A DNA stretch of 46,449 bases, taken from NCBI GenBank assembly GCA_052144015.1, contig JBKQRG010000380.1, forward strand, positions 1 to 46,449. Direction: 5' to 3'. A program made the position numbers and the translations under genes. The notes beneath the pieces are model-generated. The model had not been told where the DNA came from. It worked only from the letters and a program-made list of their open reading frames with translations, and did not search any database. Shown in pieces: positions 1 to 9,995 of the stretch. Positions within the stretch are counted from its first letter, which is position 1. Each line of letters opens with the position of its first letter. The stretch is from Desulfomonilaceae bacterium (lineage in GTDB: Bacteria; Desulfobacterota; Desulfomonilia; Desulfomonilales; Desulfomonilaceae).

Positions 1-156
1 ATCAAACCCGGTCAGTCGAAATCGCCAAACCAGGGGGTGAATTCAAGCGCCGGAACTTCGCGGAGTACTTCCTGAATTCCCGACAATCACCGGATCCAGC
101 GTTCAAAAAAACAATTATCAGAGAAACCGCGGAACAGATTATTAATTTGAATTTCA

Positions 157-933
157 TTATTCCTTTTTGCATCTTGTAATCACCTTGGGTAGACGTGAAG
201 CATCTCTTTTGAGGTCCGCGGCTATTTTTCGAGCAATAATCTCCACCTCTCCTTCTGTTTTGCACGCAAGCAACTGACCATAATATTTTTCCCTGTAAGC
301 TGTGTAAAAACGAGGAACCGGCGGCACACGTAACAGCATACCGAATTTTTGTTCAAATTCTTTTTCAGCCCTGGTTAATAACCCAGACATATCATGTTCA
401 CGGGAAGGATCCACTGCGAGAGGATCGACTCGAAAGCCCGATTCCATGGCTACAATGCATGATACTAGCCCAAGGGCCTCTTTACAGATTGGCAACCCGT
501 TTCGTTCCACGGCATCGATGATGCCGTTAATCCACTCTAATTGATGTTTCACGGGGCAGTTCAGCGGCTGTGATGAAATGAACCGAGTCATCCAGGGAAC
601 AGCTTCGCTGCGATCCATAATCTGAACAGCATTCAGCATGAGTTGCTCTTCCTCAGTTACGGCTTGTTCCAGCCTCTTCAGCTCAAACTGCCGATCTTTG
701 AGGAGCTGATTTCCCACATCTGGTTTCTCCGTTTTAACATCTGAGCCATTGCGTTCCGCTGAAGTGCTTTCAACAGGTTTCGGTTGGATTGTTTTCGGCT
801 GAAATGATGATAAATTCAGCCGATTTGGCGAGCAAAACGAAAGAAACGGAACACAGCAGAAATTGGTTTTTCTGAAGCAGCCCCGCGTCCCGCGAGGCTG
901 CTTCACATTTATCTTAGACGCATGACTTTTCAA
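157..933 (-). CDS. hypothetical protein with a possible SLT-like (lytic transglycosylase) motif; the true start is probably internal
   Basis: The ORF begins at the codon immediately after the rpoH stop. The C-terminal half contains ...AMESGFRVDPLAVDPSREHDMSGLL..., reminiscent of the E-S-x-F...GLMQ pattern of SLT domains. The N-terminal 60 aa are Cys/Pro-rich and of low complexity. Confidence 0.3.
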   Translation of the reverse strand: MKSHASKINVKQPRGTRGCFRKTNFCCVPFLSFCSPNRLNLSSFQPKTIQPKPVESTSAERNGSDVKTEKPDVGNQLLKDRQFELKRLEQAVTEEEQLMLNAVQIMDRSEAVPWMTRFISSQPLNCPVKHQLEWINGIIDAVERNGLPICKEALGLVSCIVAMESGFRVDPLAVDPSREHDMSGLLTRAEKEFEQKFGMLLRVPPVPRFYTAYREKYYGQLLACKTEGEVEIIARKIAADLKRDASRLPKVITRCKKE

Positions 934-1785
934 TCAGGCGGGAAGAGCCTCCAATTGCAATTGGGAGAATTCATTTCTAAGCTTCTTCAAGGCACGCTTC
1001 TCCAACTGCCGGACTCGCTCACGACTTGTCCCGAAATGCTCGCCCAATCGCTGGAGCGTCCATGGTGAATCGTCCATATAACGCTTTGTAACTATGAAAC
1101 GTTCACGAGGATCTAATTTCTTGAGGGCCTGATCTGTAGCCGTCGAGAGTTGAGCAGCACTCTCACGCTCGATAAGGAGATCCTCAGATCCAGGAGCATG
1201 GTCGGGCAGCAAATCCATTGCCGTGACGTCTTTGTCGTCGCCAACAACTTCATTTAGAGACCACTCTCGGGCCTTTATCCGCGCTTCAACTTCGATAACG
1301 TCATCGGGCTTAACCTTCAGTTCCTTAGCTAGATCATCTATGCGAGCATTTCGGGAAGCTTCATCCAAATGTTCGCCAATGTCGCCGATTCGGAAAAATA
1401 ATTTTCTTTGCGCTTGGGTAGTCCCCAATTTGACGAGGTTCCAAGATTTCAAAATAAAATTCTTTATGTAAGCTTTTATCCACCATACGGCAAAAGAAAC
1501 CAGGCGAAATCCCCTATGGGGATCGAATCTCTTGACCGCCTTCATTAGACCGATGGTGCCTTCTTGGATGAGGTCCTGAACCGGAATCATATAATGGCGA
1601 TATTGGAATGCAACCTTTACGACAAAAGGTAAATGGGAAACCACCAATTCCTGCGCGGCCCCCACATCACCGCTTTCCGAATATTTGACTGCTAATTCGA
1701 ACTCTTTTTCCGGCGTTAAAGGTTTTATGGATCGAACCAGCGTCAGGAATTGATCCCATTGCTTGGTTACAACCGGATAATTCAT
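934..1785 (-). CDS. rpoH: RNA polymerase sigma-32 (heat-shock sigma factor RpoH)
   Basis: Sigma-70 family regions 2-4 are present: QEGTIGLMKAVKRFDP, LVSFAVWWIKAYI, and the RpoH-box-like QRKLFFRIGDI. The C-terminal region 4 has a HTH (GTSRERVRQLEKRALKKLR). Confidence 0.85.
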   Translation of the reverse strand: MNYPVVTKQWDQFLTLVRSIKPLTPEKEFELAVKYSESGDVGAAQELVVSHLPFVVKVAFQYRHYMIPVQDLIQEGTIGLMKAVKRFDPHRGFRLVSFAVWWIKAYIKNFILKSWNLVKLGTTQAQRKLFFRIGDIGEHLDEASRNARIDDLAKELKVKPDDVIEVEARIKAREWSLNEVVGDDKDVTAMDLLPDHAPGSEDLLIERESAAQLSTATDQALKKLDPRERFIVTKRYMDDSPWTLQRLGEHFGTSRERVRQLEKRALKKLRNEFSQLQLEALPA

Positions 1786-1947
1786 TTAAGCCCCCTCCAG
1801 ACATTTTTGATTTTTTGGCCGGCTTAAACCCTCGGAAGCTTTCGATAGGTCTGGGTCATCTGCCTGAAGGTTCACGGCCGACCGTTTTTTGTATTCCAAT
1901 TCGTGGTAATAGACAATCACTGTAGCCGCAAAGTTCCCGCAAAGTGA

Positions 1948-2343
1948 CTACACAGCGGATATCGGAATTCTTCTAGAGAGCGCCTTGTCAATCTTCGGCA
2001 AAACGATTTTGAGAACTCCGTCTAATAGCGAAGCTGCGAGCCCGTGTGTGTCAAGCTCTTCCGTAACAATAAAAGCACGAAAGTAATCATGTGCCTCATA
2101 TTCGCGAAATATCGACTTGCCTTCACCCTCTTCCCGAGAGGCTTTTCCGAGCACGGACAAGATATTCCCCGCTACCTCTATCTCCAACTGATTTGGGTCA
2201 ACTCCGGGCAAATCAATCAATATCACTAAATCCTGCTCGGATTCGCAAATATCAACCGCCGGCGTGGAACGCCATGACATAAATTGCTCTTTGCGGAAAT
2301 GCACTTTTTCGGGATTCACTTGAATTGCTAAATCCGCCATCAT
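1948..2343 (-). CDS. Hsp20/alpha-crystallin family small heat-shock protein
   Basis: 131 aa with an alpha-crystallin domain pattern (PAVDICESEQDLVILIDLPGV...EVAGNILSV...GVLKIVLPK). It sits directly upstream of rpoH on the same strand. Confidence 0.85.
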   Translation of the reverse strand: MMADLAIQVNPEKVHFRKEQFMSWRSTPAVDICESEQDLVILIDLPGVDPNQLEIEVAGNILSVLGKASREEGEGKSIFREYEAHDYFRAFIVTEELDTHGLAASLLDGVLKIVLPKIDKALSRRIPISAV

Positions 2344-2678
2344 CTCCTGCCTTTGAAGAGTCTCGTACCGTGAAAATGCCTTTCAGACATGAAAGACAGC
2401 TCAATTCAGTTTTATTTATTAATGCAAGTACTCACAGTTGTGATAAAAGTTACCGTCTCCTGAATTTTTAATAGGCATCATTTCGCGATTGTCAAGAAGC
2501 TCTGGATTATGCGATGAAACGAGACTTGCAAAGCAAGCGACTAAAAATCAGAAATCATGCAGAGAACGGTTCACAAAAGAAGCAGACAAAATTGACAACC
2601 CTTTTGGCGATCCACGCTTTAGTGACCTTGATTTTCCGTTGTTTTCAGCGTATGAAAGTAGGCTTCGAGGAGGTTTGA

Positions 2679-3671
2679 ATGTCCACAGACGTGCTTTACC
2701 GAGAACTCATAGATGCGGTTGAAGAAAAGGTCTTGGCAGGTGGCTGCATTCTCAGGAACGAAGCCGAAACTCTTCTGGATACGCCTGATGAATACGTTTT
2801 GCGCCTACTGGCAGTGGCGGATCGTATTCGAATTCATTTCAAAGGCTGGAAATTCGATTCTTGCTCTTTAATTAACGCGAGGTCCGGACGCTGTGCCGAG
2901 AACTGCGCTTTCTGCGCTCAGTCGGGCCATTATGCGACTCATTGCGAAACATACGATCTGCGCTCAACAGATCAGATCTTGGAAGCCGCTCGATCGGCCC
3001 GCGAAGCAGGTGCATCACGATTTTGCACGGTGACGAGCGGTGGAGCGCTTTCCCAGCGAGAATTCGACGGTTTGATCGAATCATTGGAAAGAGTTCATAA
3101 CGCGGTGCAGATCCAACTGGACGCATCACTCGGCTTTTTGGACGACCAGAGAGTGAAACGACTCAAACAGGCGGGCATTACACGATACAATCATAATCTT
3201 GAAACCTCCCGAGAGTACTTTCCCAGTATTTGCACTACACACACTTTTGACCAGCGTGTGAATACCGTAAGTAAAGCGCTCAGTAACGGCTTGTCCGCGT
3301 GTTGTGGAGGGATTATGGGGATGGGCGAAACGCCGTCTCAAAGATTAGACCTTGCATTCACTCTCGCTGATTTGGGCGTGGACTGCGTCCCAATAAATAT
3401 TCTTGATCCCCGACCCGGCACTCCGCTGGAAGGTTCGCCCCCGCCGGAACCTATGGAAATATTGAAAACAGTCGCCCTGTTTCGCCTGATCCTCCCGAAG
3501 GCAACTATAAAGATAGCTGGAGGCCGAGAGAAGAACCTCGGAGATTTCCAGGGGACGGTATTACGCTCCGGAGCAAACGGTATGATCATCCGGGGATACC
3601 TCACCTTTGGCGGACGGCCTGTTGAAGATGATTTAAAGATGGTGCGGCAAGCAGGTTTTGAGACGGAGTGA
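2679..3671 (+). CDS. bioB: biotin synthase (radical SAM)
   Basis: Carries the CAENCAFCAQ CxxxCxxC radical-SAM motif and the BioB-typical NHNLETSREYFPSICTTHTFDQRVNTV and GMGET segments. A GAGGAGG RBS lies 6 nt upstream. Confidence 0.9.
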   Translation: MSTDVLYRELIDAVEEKVLAGGCILRNEAETLLDTPDEYVLRLLAVADRIRIHFKGWKFDSCSLINARSGRCAENCAFCAQSGHYATHCETYDLRSTDQILEAARSAREAGASRFCTVTSGGALSQREFDGLIESLERVHNAVQIQLDASLGFLDDQRVKRLKQAGITRYNHNLETSREYFPSICTTHTFDQRVNTVSKALSNGLSACCGGIMGMGETPSQRLDLAFTLADLGVDCVPINILDPRPGTPLEGSPPPEPMEILKTVALFRLILPKATIKIAGGREKNLGDFQGTVLRSGANGMIIRGYLTFGGRPVEDDLKMVRQAGFETE

Positions 3672-3739
3672 AATAAGGATAAATCGGCTGAACCCCGCGT
3701 TCTGCTGAGGATAGAAAAAGCTTCCCCAGGATCCTTTCG

Positions 3740-4375
3740 TCAGACGGTTCCTGGTATGGAAAACCCGTATTCCATCATATGTTCCAGGAAATCTCCTTTA
3801 GTGCGGTAAAGAATAGTATTCCACCCTTTGTCCCGAGCCTTATCAATGTTACCTTCATTATCGTCAATGAACAGAATCTCCGAACTTTTCATACCTAATT
3901 TTATTGAGATTTCATCGAATAGCGCGGGATCTTTTTTACCTTTGCCGAGGTGATATGAATTGAATACGAAGTCGAATTCCTTGAAGAAATCGTATTGCTT
4001 ATCCAGATCATCCAGCCATTGGGATTGATCACTTAAAATTCCCAACACATACCCACGCTGTTTTAGCCGACGAACAATCTCTAACATCCAGGGGCGCAAT
4101 TGAAAGCGTTCCAATATTTCACGGCGAAACTCCTCGTCGGTGCCGTCGATCCTTGTTTTTTCCCTCACCATTTTCCAATAGGCGCTCTCGTCGGCTTTGC
4201 CCAACACGTACCCCGAATCGTATACAGCTGCTCCAGCCGAGTCAAAAAAACCTTCAGGTGAAAGACCTTTAGCCCGAGCTATTGCCATTAAGCCTTTTCG
4301 GAAGCCCTCTTCAGCCAGAACACCACCGAAATCGAACAGTACCGCTTTTATGTTGCGACGAATAGGAGTAGACAA
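3740..4375 (-). CDS. HAD-superfamily hydrolase
   Basis: N-terminal motif I VLFDFGGVL, a later ILSDQS and a C-terminal FIDDNEGN (motif IV-like). Confidence 0.75.
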   Translation of the reverse strand: MSTPIRRNIKAVLFDFGGVLAEEGFRKGLMAIARAKGLSPEGFFDSAGAAVYDSGYVLGKADESAYWKMVREKTRIDGTDEEFRREILERFQLRPWMLEIVRRLKQRGYVLGILSDQSQWLDDLDKQYDFFKEFDFVFNSYHLGKGKKDPALFDEISIKLGMKSSEILFIDDNEGNIDKARDKGWNTILYRTKGDFLEHMMEYGFSIPGTV

Positions 4376-4479
4376 ATTACACTTCCTCTTGGGATTAAAA
4401 TAGCACCCATTGAACCCGATTAATATTCCGATTAATATATAGTTTATTCAGTAAAACGAAGAGCGATAATTTATCCGCG

Positions 4480-5529
4480 ATGGTTGTCAAAAATTTCGCC
4501 ATAACGGCAGAGAGGTTTTACATGAAATACTACAGCTTTCCCGGTCTCCTGCGTTGGCATAGAACTGAGGCGGGTTCCTCAATTTACAGTTTTCTGGGAT
4601 TTCTAATACTGATCGCGGTGGCAATAGCCATTATACTGCTTTTGCCATGGACGAACATTCTCCACCATTGGAACGATGTGGACCTAATGGCAGCCAATGA
4701 CGCAATGGCCCAAAAGAATTGGAAAACAGCCATAATTTTTTTTGACAAATCTCTTAAGGCAAATCCGGCCAATGCATTTGCCGTCTATATCGGACGTTCC
4801 AGAGCCTATATTCAATTGGGCAATCTGGAAAAAGCTGTAGAAGACGCCGACGCGGCGGTGGAAATGAAGCCCGCCAACGCTACCGCTCATGGGCAAAGAG
4901 GTATCGCTCGGAAGCTTCAACAAAAATACAATGAGGCATTGCTGGATTTTGATGAAGCTGTAAGGCTGGACTCACATTACTGGTGGGCTTACGCCCAGAG
5001 GGCGGATGTGCTTTCAAGGATGAATAACCAGGAAAAAGCACTCAAAGACGTGAATATCGGATTGGCCATGAAGCCGGATTTTGTCGAAGGCTTACGCCTC
5101 AGAGCCTGGATTCTCAATAGGATGGGAAAATGTAAGGAGGCTTACCAAGATTTTCAGAAGGTATGTCAACTGAGCCCGAATGATGCCTGGTCTCTTCAGG
5201 ATACCGCCTGGTTTCTGCTTACCTGCCCAGATGAAGGAATTCAGGATAAATCTCAGGCACTTGCATTAGCAAAAAGGGCTTTTGAATTAACCGAGGGGAA
5301 AGATGGAATTGTTTATGAGACCCTGGCCGAAGCCAATTTTCGGCAAGGAAATCCGGTGAAGGCCGTAGAACTTCAGAAAAAAGCGATTGAGATCGGATCC
5401 AAGAAGTGTCCGGATAGGTCCTGTACTAAACAGATGGAGGAACGACTCCGTAAATACGAGCTTGCAGCGAGGCCTGAAATGAGAAGCGGTTATGAGGTCT
5501 TGCCTATGGACTCTGTGGTCGAACGATGA
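4480..5529 (+). CDS. membrane-anchored TPR-repeat protein
   Basis: One N-terminal TM helix (FLGFLILIAVAIAIILLLPW) followed by multiple 34-aa TPR-like repeats (A..YIGRSRAYIQLGNLEKA; AHGQRGIARKLQQKYNEALLDFDEAV, etc.). Confidence 0.7.
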   Translation: MVVKNFAITAERFYMKYYSFPGLLRWHRTEAGSSIYSFLGFLILIAVAIAIILLLPWTNILHHWNDVDLMAANDAMAQKNWKTAIIFFDKSLKANPANAFAVYIGRSRAYIQLGNLEKAVEDADAAVEMKPANATAHGQRGIARKLQQKYNEALLDFDEAVRLDSHYWWAYAQRADVLSRMNNQEKALKDVNIGLAMKPDFVEGLRLRAWILNRMGKCKEAYQDFQKVCQLSPNDAWSLQDTAWFLLTCPDEGIQDKSQALALAKRAFELTEGKDGIVYETLAEANFRQGNPVKAVELQKKAIEIGSKKCPDRSCTKQMEERLRKYELAARPEMRSGYEVLPMDSVVER

Positions 5530-5547
5530 TGTCTTTTTGGTCGGCTC

Positions 5548-5817
5548 TTAGTGGTCGGATCTGAATCCTATCGCGCGGAACTCACCCTGCTCGTTTCGGA
5601 AATCCACCGTGACCCATCTGCCCAAAAAGGGCGCTGCTTGAAAGCGGCGATCCCTATTGACTCGGATGACGACAAGCTTGTCATTAGAGTCACGAAGTGT
5701 CACACTTTCCAGATCTACTCGTTCAAGTCTGCCGGCAAATTCATCAGCCGCACAGAGTAGAGGAGAGCTTAATAACCCTGTGAACGCAATCACAATGGCC
5801 AAACAACGACCCATCAT
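5548..5817 (-). CDS. small secreted hypothetical protein
   Basis: A GGAGGA RBS lies immediately upstream of the MMGRCLAIVIAFTGLLSSPLLCAADE signal peptide. No recognisable domain. Confidence 0.4.
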   Translation of the reverse strand: MMGRCLAIVIAFTGLLSSPLLCAADEFAGRLERVDLESVTLRDSNDKLVVIRVNRDRRFQAAPFLGRWVTVDFRNEQGEFRAIGFRSDH

Positions 5818-6191
5818 GTCTTCCTCCATTCGACCTCTAACACCACATGAACCCGGTAGCTCTCCATAATGAAAAGCCCTAGGCAATTACACAATACAAA
5901 TCATTTTCTAACCTGCTGATAATGATAATCGACTGTACTCAATCTTTCAACCTCTCATTTCAGCCCCCAATCGCTAGACGTTCAGCCTGATTTCGTTGAC
6001 AGGCCGAGGTCGTTTTGTACAAGATTAAAATAATGCACCCTATATTATAGGCATATGTGAAGCAGCCACCATGCTCGGGGTCCCACCCACGGCATGATTC
6101 GTAGAAGGATGAAGGCTGCCTTAATATAGCTAATTATAGTGCGCCGCATTTTTCCGAAATAGCTCTTGCCCTTATATGGGAGGCCATACGG

Positions 6192-6584
6192 ATGGAAGCA
6201 CCGGAAGATCGACTGTATTCACAACATCATCTTTGGGTAAAATTGGAGAAAGATCAGGCTGTAATCGGGATAACGGATTACGCGGCCGAAGAAATTGGAG
6301 AAGTGGATTATATAGAACTTCCCGAACCGAATGACACCGTCTCGAAAGAACGGGCCTTTGGCGCTCTCGAAACCAGCAAAGCGATAACGGATCTCATTTG
6401 CCCGATTTCGGGCGTTGTCTTGGATTGCAACATGCTGCTAACCGAATCGCCGGAAATGGTGACGGATGACCCTTATGGTGACGGTTGGCTAATGGTACTG
6501 CAACCTTCCGATCCGGACGAATGGGACGATCTAATGAAAGCCGGCGATTATGAAAAGCTGGTTAGAAGCGCAGTGGAAGAATAA
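6192..6584 (+). CDS. gcvH: glycine-cleavage H-protein-like lipoyl carrier (stand-alone)
   Basis: 130 aa with a GcvH-like fold signature. LWVKLE...VIGITDYA and ALETSKAITDLICPISGVV contain the candidate lipoyl-lysine. There is no gcvT or gcvP nearby. Confidence 0.7.
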   Translation: MEAPEDRLYSQHHLWVKLEKDQAVIGITDYAAEEIGEVDYIELPEPNDTVSKERAFGALETSKAITDLICPISGVVLDCNMLLTESPEMVTDDPYGDGWLMVLQPSDPDEWDDLMKAGDYEKLVRSAVEE

Positions 6585-6602
6585 AAGTCGGGCGGTTCCG
6601 CG

Positions 6603-7640
6603 CTACATTAAATTTCTAAACGAATTGCCTGTGATATAAATAAAATTAGCTCTGATGCGAATCCGTTTGGCGGTTAGCCTAGGGGGAAACGGATAAAAAG
6701 GAGCGGCTGATTTGATGGCCTTCATGGCGGATTCATCAAGTACCGTATGGCCTGATGAATCCAGCAAAGTAACTCCCAAAAGTTGTCCTTCTTTCGAGAT
6801 CAAGAATTCCAACATCAAGCTTCCGCCTATGCCGGCCCTTGCGGCAACCGTCGGATATATCCAGACTGCTTGAATCTTTTGTTTTAAATGTTGAAGATAG
6901 GAAAAGAAATTTACTTCTCTTGTATTAATGTCAACAACCGGTTCGTCCGGACTACCATCCGGGTAGAACTCCGTAACTCCACCCGATGTTGAGAGACCTT
7001 TTGCTATTTCGGCGGGTGTAGGTCTCAGATCTATATGCCTATTGGATAAATCACTTTTTGGTGCCCGAGAATGCAATGGCTCTTTTACAACACTAGGTTT
7101 TCTCACGGGTTTTTGTGCTGGTGTAGGATGATCTGTCTTTTCTTCTTTGTTTAGCTTATCATCCTTCGGTTTTATGAAATCTTCGGGCGCCATAGGAGGG
7201 GGCAACGCAGCAAGCCTTTGAGGTTGAGGCTCCACGCTTCCTAATGGAGGTCTCGGATCCGGCAAAGCTTTGGGTAATCGTTGCTTTTCCGCGATGTGAT
7301 CTCTGTCCGATATGGCTGAAGCCACTTCAGGTGGTGGTTCCTGCTTTTTTTCTGGAGAGTTGAATTCGACCAGCCTGACCGGCGTTACTTGGTCCCCCGT
7401 ATTCATAAACGGTTTAACCGGCGCAAAGCCGGCCAATATGGGTAAAGAAGCGAAGAATGCCACGTGCAATACTACTGAAGCAATAATGCAGTATCTTAAT
7501 GCCCTGTCGCTCGGCGAATCTGTTATTTCAGGTTGGCTGGATCGAAGCTCGGCGACCGAATCTTCATCAAGTGAATCGTATTCTTCATTCACCATCTGAT
7601 CGATATCATTTTCTAATTTTGTGCTATATGATAAATTCAC
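6603..7640 (-). CDS. TonB-family energy-transducer protein
   Basis: N-terminal TM segment, a long Pro/Lys/Glu-rich spacer (PPPEV...PKALPDPRPP...) and a C-terminal TonB domain (KIQAVWIYP...GIGGSLMLEFLISKEGQLLGVTLLDSSGHTVLDESAMKAIKSAAPFYPFP). Confidence 0.7.
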   Translation of the reverse strand: MNLSYSTKLENDIDQMVNEEYDSLDEDSVAELRSSQPEITDSPSDRALRYCIIASVVLHVAFFASLPILAGFAPVKPFMNTGDQVTPVRLVEFNSPEKKQEPPPEVASAISDRDHIAEKQRLPKALPDPRPPLGSVEPQPQRLAALPPPMAPEDFIKPKDDKLNKEEKTDHPTPAQKPVRKPSVVKEPLHSRAPKSDLSNRHIDLRPTPAEIAKGLSTSGGVTEFYPDGSPDEPVVDINTREVNFFSYLQHLKQKIQAVWIYPTVAARAGIGGSLMLEFLISKEGQLLGVTLLDSSGHTVLDESAMKAIKSAAPFYPFPPRLTAKRIRIRANFIYITGNSFRNLM

Positions 7641-7802
7641 CTGATGTCAAGCCCTTCACTTGTTTAAGCAACCCTTACTTGAAGAAGACTATTTAACTTT
7701 AAGTCAGCGGCGTCACTGTCATGATAAATCTTTTTTGAAATTTGACAACCATTATCAACAGCGCCCACCATGATTTGCGCAAATAAGCGCTCCAAAAGCG
7801 GT

Positions 7803-8744
7803 TCAGGCCCAATGCTTTGCTCTTACATGCCGGGAATAAAGGCAGTAGCTCGCCGAATCCGTAGGAGGTCGGTTGTCGGAACGGATCGGGCTTGCATTGG
7901 CATAACAGTAAACACATCCGTGATAACACGTATCATACGCGCCGATGTCCAATGAAGCAGCGCATCCGCACTCTTTTCGTGTCGGCGCTATTTTGAGTTT
8001 GTTTATCGCCTCCTTTTTTTGGGCGGAATCCACGACCTCCAACAAATAATCCGGATCGATACACCTGGCTTTGGCAATCTTGGATGACACCAGAAAGTCA
8101 TGAGAGCATGACGCGAGAGAAATGCCTTGTTCGGCTGCAAGTTCGGCCATTTCTTCCCCCATGTCCTTGCAAAATGCCGCATCCGGTCTTACATGGGTTG
8201 GAACGAAAGTTTCCATGTTTCGTATGGTCTTTCTGTAATAATCACAGAAGCTGAAGATGCAAATATTTGTGTATTTGGAAAATTTTTCACACAACTTACG
8301 AAAATTTTGGATATGCCACTTCCGGTTCAGGGCATCGGTTAGAACTATGGTGTCATAGCGCCAACGCAATATTGGACCAGGAAAGCGGTCCGTCAAATCA
8401 TTCAGAACTTGCAAAGTTAGACCGAAATCGGGGACACAAGGTTCCAAGGAAATCGGATAATTGTTTATTGTGTACAAAAAAGTGAAGCAATAGCCCTTTC
8501 TTTGCAGTTCGGCAAGATGCTCTAGAATAGGGGCTGCATTCTTTGTCCAAAAAATAATGGCAGACACATCTTCGGGCACCAAGGATATTTCCGATATGCC
8601 GCGTCCAAATGGAGAGACGACTCCTACCCTGCCGGAACGTATTCGGTTCATAAACCAATCGGCGTGGAACGCTGGAATATCGGTTCTTCTGCTTGCCGAA
8701 ATTACATGCATTGGTTTGTCTTTCATGCCGCAAAAGTTAGTCAT
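7803..8744 (-). CDS. DUF1848-like protein with a C-terminal CxxxCxxC motif
   Basis: ISASRRTDIPAF near the N-terminus resembles the DUF1848 signature, recalled from memory and not verified. The C-terminus has CYHGCVYC, a radical-SAM-like cysteine triad. The gene is divergent from recA. Confidence 0.45.
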   Translation of the reverse strand: MTNFCGMKDKPMHVISASRRTDIPAFHADWFMNRIRSGRVGVVSPFGRGISEISLVPEDVSAIIFWTKNAAPILEHLAELQRKGYCFTFLYTINNYPISLEPCVPDFGLTLQVLNDLTDRFPGPILRWRYDTIVLTDALNRKWHIQNFRKLCEKFSKYTNICIFSFCDYYRKTIRNMETFVPTHVRPDAAFCKDMGEEMAELAAEQGISLASCSHDFLVSSKIAKARCIDPDYLLEVVDSAQKKEAINKLKIAPTRKECGCAASLDIGAYDTCYHGCVYCYANASPIRSDNRPPTDSASYCLYSRHVRAKHWA

Positions 8745-8777
8745 GATCGTATCTCAGGACTAAATCATTGTCTACAT

Positions 8778-8793
8778 GAGCAGTTGTTTGCTC
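8778..8793. promoter_or_regulatory. perfect 16-bp palindrome GAGCAGTTGTTTGCTC about 100 bp upstream of recA (candidate operator)
   Basis: The GAGCA-N6-TGCTC inverted repeat is read directly from the sequence. It lies in the divergent DUF1848/recA intergenic region. Confidence 0.3.
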
Positions 8794-8891
8794 TAAATAA
8801 AAGGTTTCAAACTTCTTATTAATTAAGTAAAATTAGGTCGCCGGTCGAATCGCATTCGCAAAAACCAGGACAGCGCAAGAAAGGAACCTTA

Positions 8892-9995
8892 ATGGCCAAG
8901 ACAAGGAAAGGGAGAGATATCTTAGAAAACGGACCACCTACTTCGGAAAAGTCCCGAGCAGTGGATATGGCTGTCAGTCAAATCGAGCGACAATTCGGCA
9001 AAGGCGCTATAATGAAACTAGGTGCCGGAGGCATTATCCCTGATGTTCGAGTCATACCATCGGGTTCGCTCGGACTTGATATATGCTTGGGTGTAGGCGG
9101 TCTTCCTCAGGGAAGAGTTACGGAGATTTTCGGACCCGAATCTTCCGGAAAAACAACGCTTTGTTTACATGTTATCGCTGAGGCTCAAAAACGTGGTGGT
9201 ATAGCGGCTTTCGTCGATGCTGAGCACGCTCTGGATATAGGGTATGCCAAGAAATTAGGGGTGAAAACAGACGAATTGCTGATTTCTCAGCCTGACACTG
9301 GAGAACAAGCACTTGAAATTACGGAAATTCTTGTCAGATCCGGCGCAATGGACGTCGTAGTCATCGACTCGGTAGCCGCTCTGGTTCCACGCGCAGAGAT
9401 TGAGGGCGAGATGGGTGACTCGCACATGGGCCTCCAAGCGCGGCTAATGTCTCAAGCGTTACGGAAGTTAACCGCGGCTATCGCGCGTTCCAGCACCGCG
9501 GTAATTTTCACGAATCAGATAAGGCAAAAGATAGGCATCATGTTTGGAAATCCTGAAACCACCACCGGCGGCAACGCTCTTAAGTTTTACGCTTCGGTAA
9601 GACTGGACATTCGCCGAATAGGACAGATCAAGGACGGAGAAAATATTGTCGGTTCACGGACCAGGGTAAAAGTGGTAAAAAACAAATTATCTCCGCCCTT
9701 TCAGCAGGCGGAGTTTGACATAATGTATGACGAGGGCATCTCTTCGGCTGGCGAAGTTCTGGACATGGGCGTAGATTATGGGCTCATTGACAAGTCAGGT
9801 TCGTGGTACTCCTATGGAGAAGAACGGATAGGTCAAGGAAGAGAAAACGCAAAACAGTTCATGAGAGAAAATACGGAAACTATGAACGAAATCAAATCCA
9901 AGATCTTGGACAAAAAAGGAATTCCGCCTCGGAGAGATCATGCGGATGATCAGGATGCCACGAGTGTGACGACAGGAGATTTTGATGGATCTTGA
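8892..9995 (+). CDS. recA: recombinase RecA
   Basis: [15 protein letters not shown], Walker [19 protein letters not shown], and the L2 loop region [38 protein letters not shown]. An AAAGGA RBS is present. It has a roughly 14-aa N-terminal extension relative to E. coli RecA. Confidence 0.95.
   Translation: MAKTRKGRDILENGPPTSEKSRAVDMAVSQIERQFGKGAIMKLGAGGIIPDVRVIPSGSLGLDICLGVGGLPQGRVTEIFGPESSGKTTLCLHVIAEAQKRGGIAAFVDAEHALDIGYAKKLGVKTDELLISQPDTGEQALEITEILVRSGAMDVVVIDSVAALVPRAEIEGEMGDSHMGLQARLMSQALRKLTAAIARSSTAVIFTNQIRQKIGIMFGNPETTTGGNALKFYASVRLDIRRIGQIKDGENIVGSRTRVKVVKNKLSPPFQQAEFDIMYDEGISSAGEVLDMGVDYGLIDKSGSWYSYGEERIGQGRENAKQFMRENTETMNEIKSKILDKKGIPPRRDHADDQDATSVTTGDFDGS

Noticed and set aside
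1223-3604. Assorted 60-90 aa ORFs antisense or out of frame within rpoH, hsp20 and bioB (for example 1223-1471, 2044-2229, 2872-3129, 3338-3604)
   Set aside because: They are fully embedded in well-supported genes on the other strand or frame, with no RBS or domain evidence. The same applies to similar embedded ORFs inside recA, pilT, the PEP enzyme, the polymerase, the integrase and gltX.
5887-6191. Glycine riboswitch upstream of the gcvH-like gene
   Set aside because: No tandem GGAGAG...CACCGAAGGGGCAA-like aptamer cores are visible.
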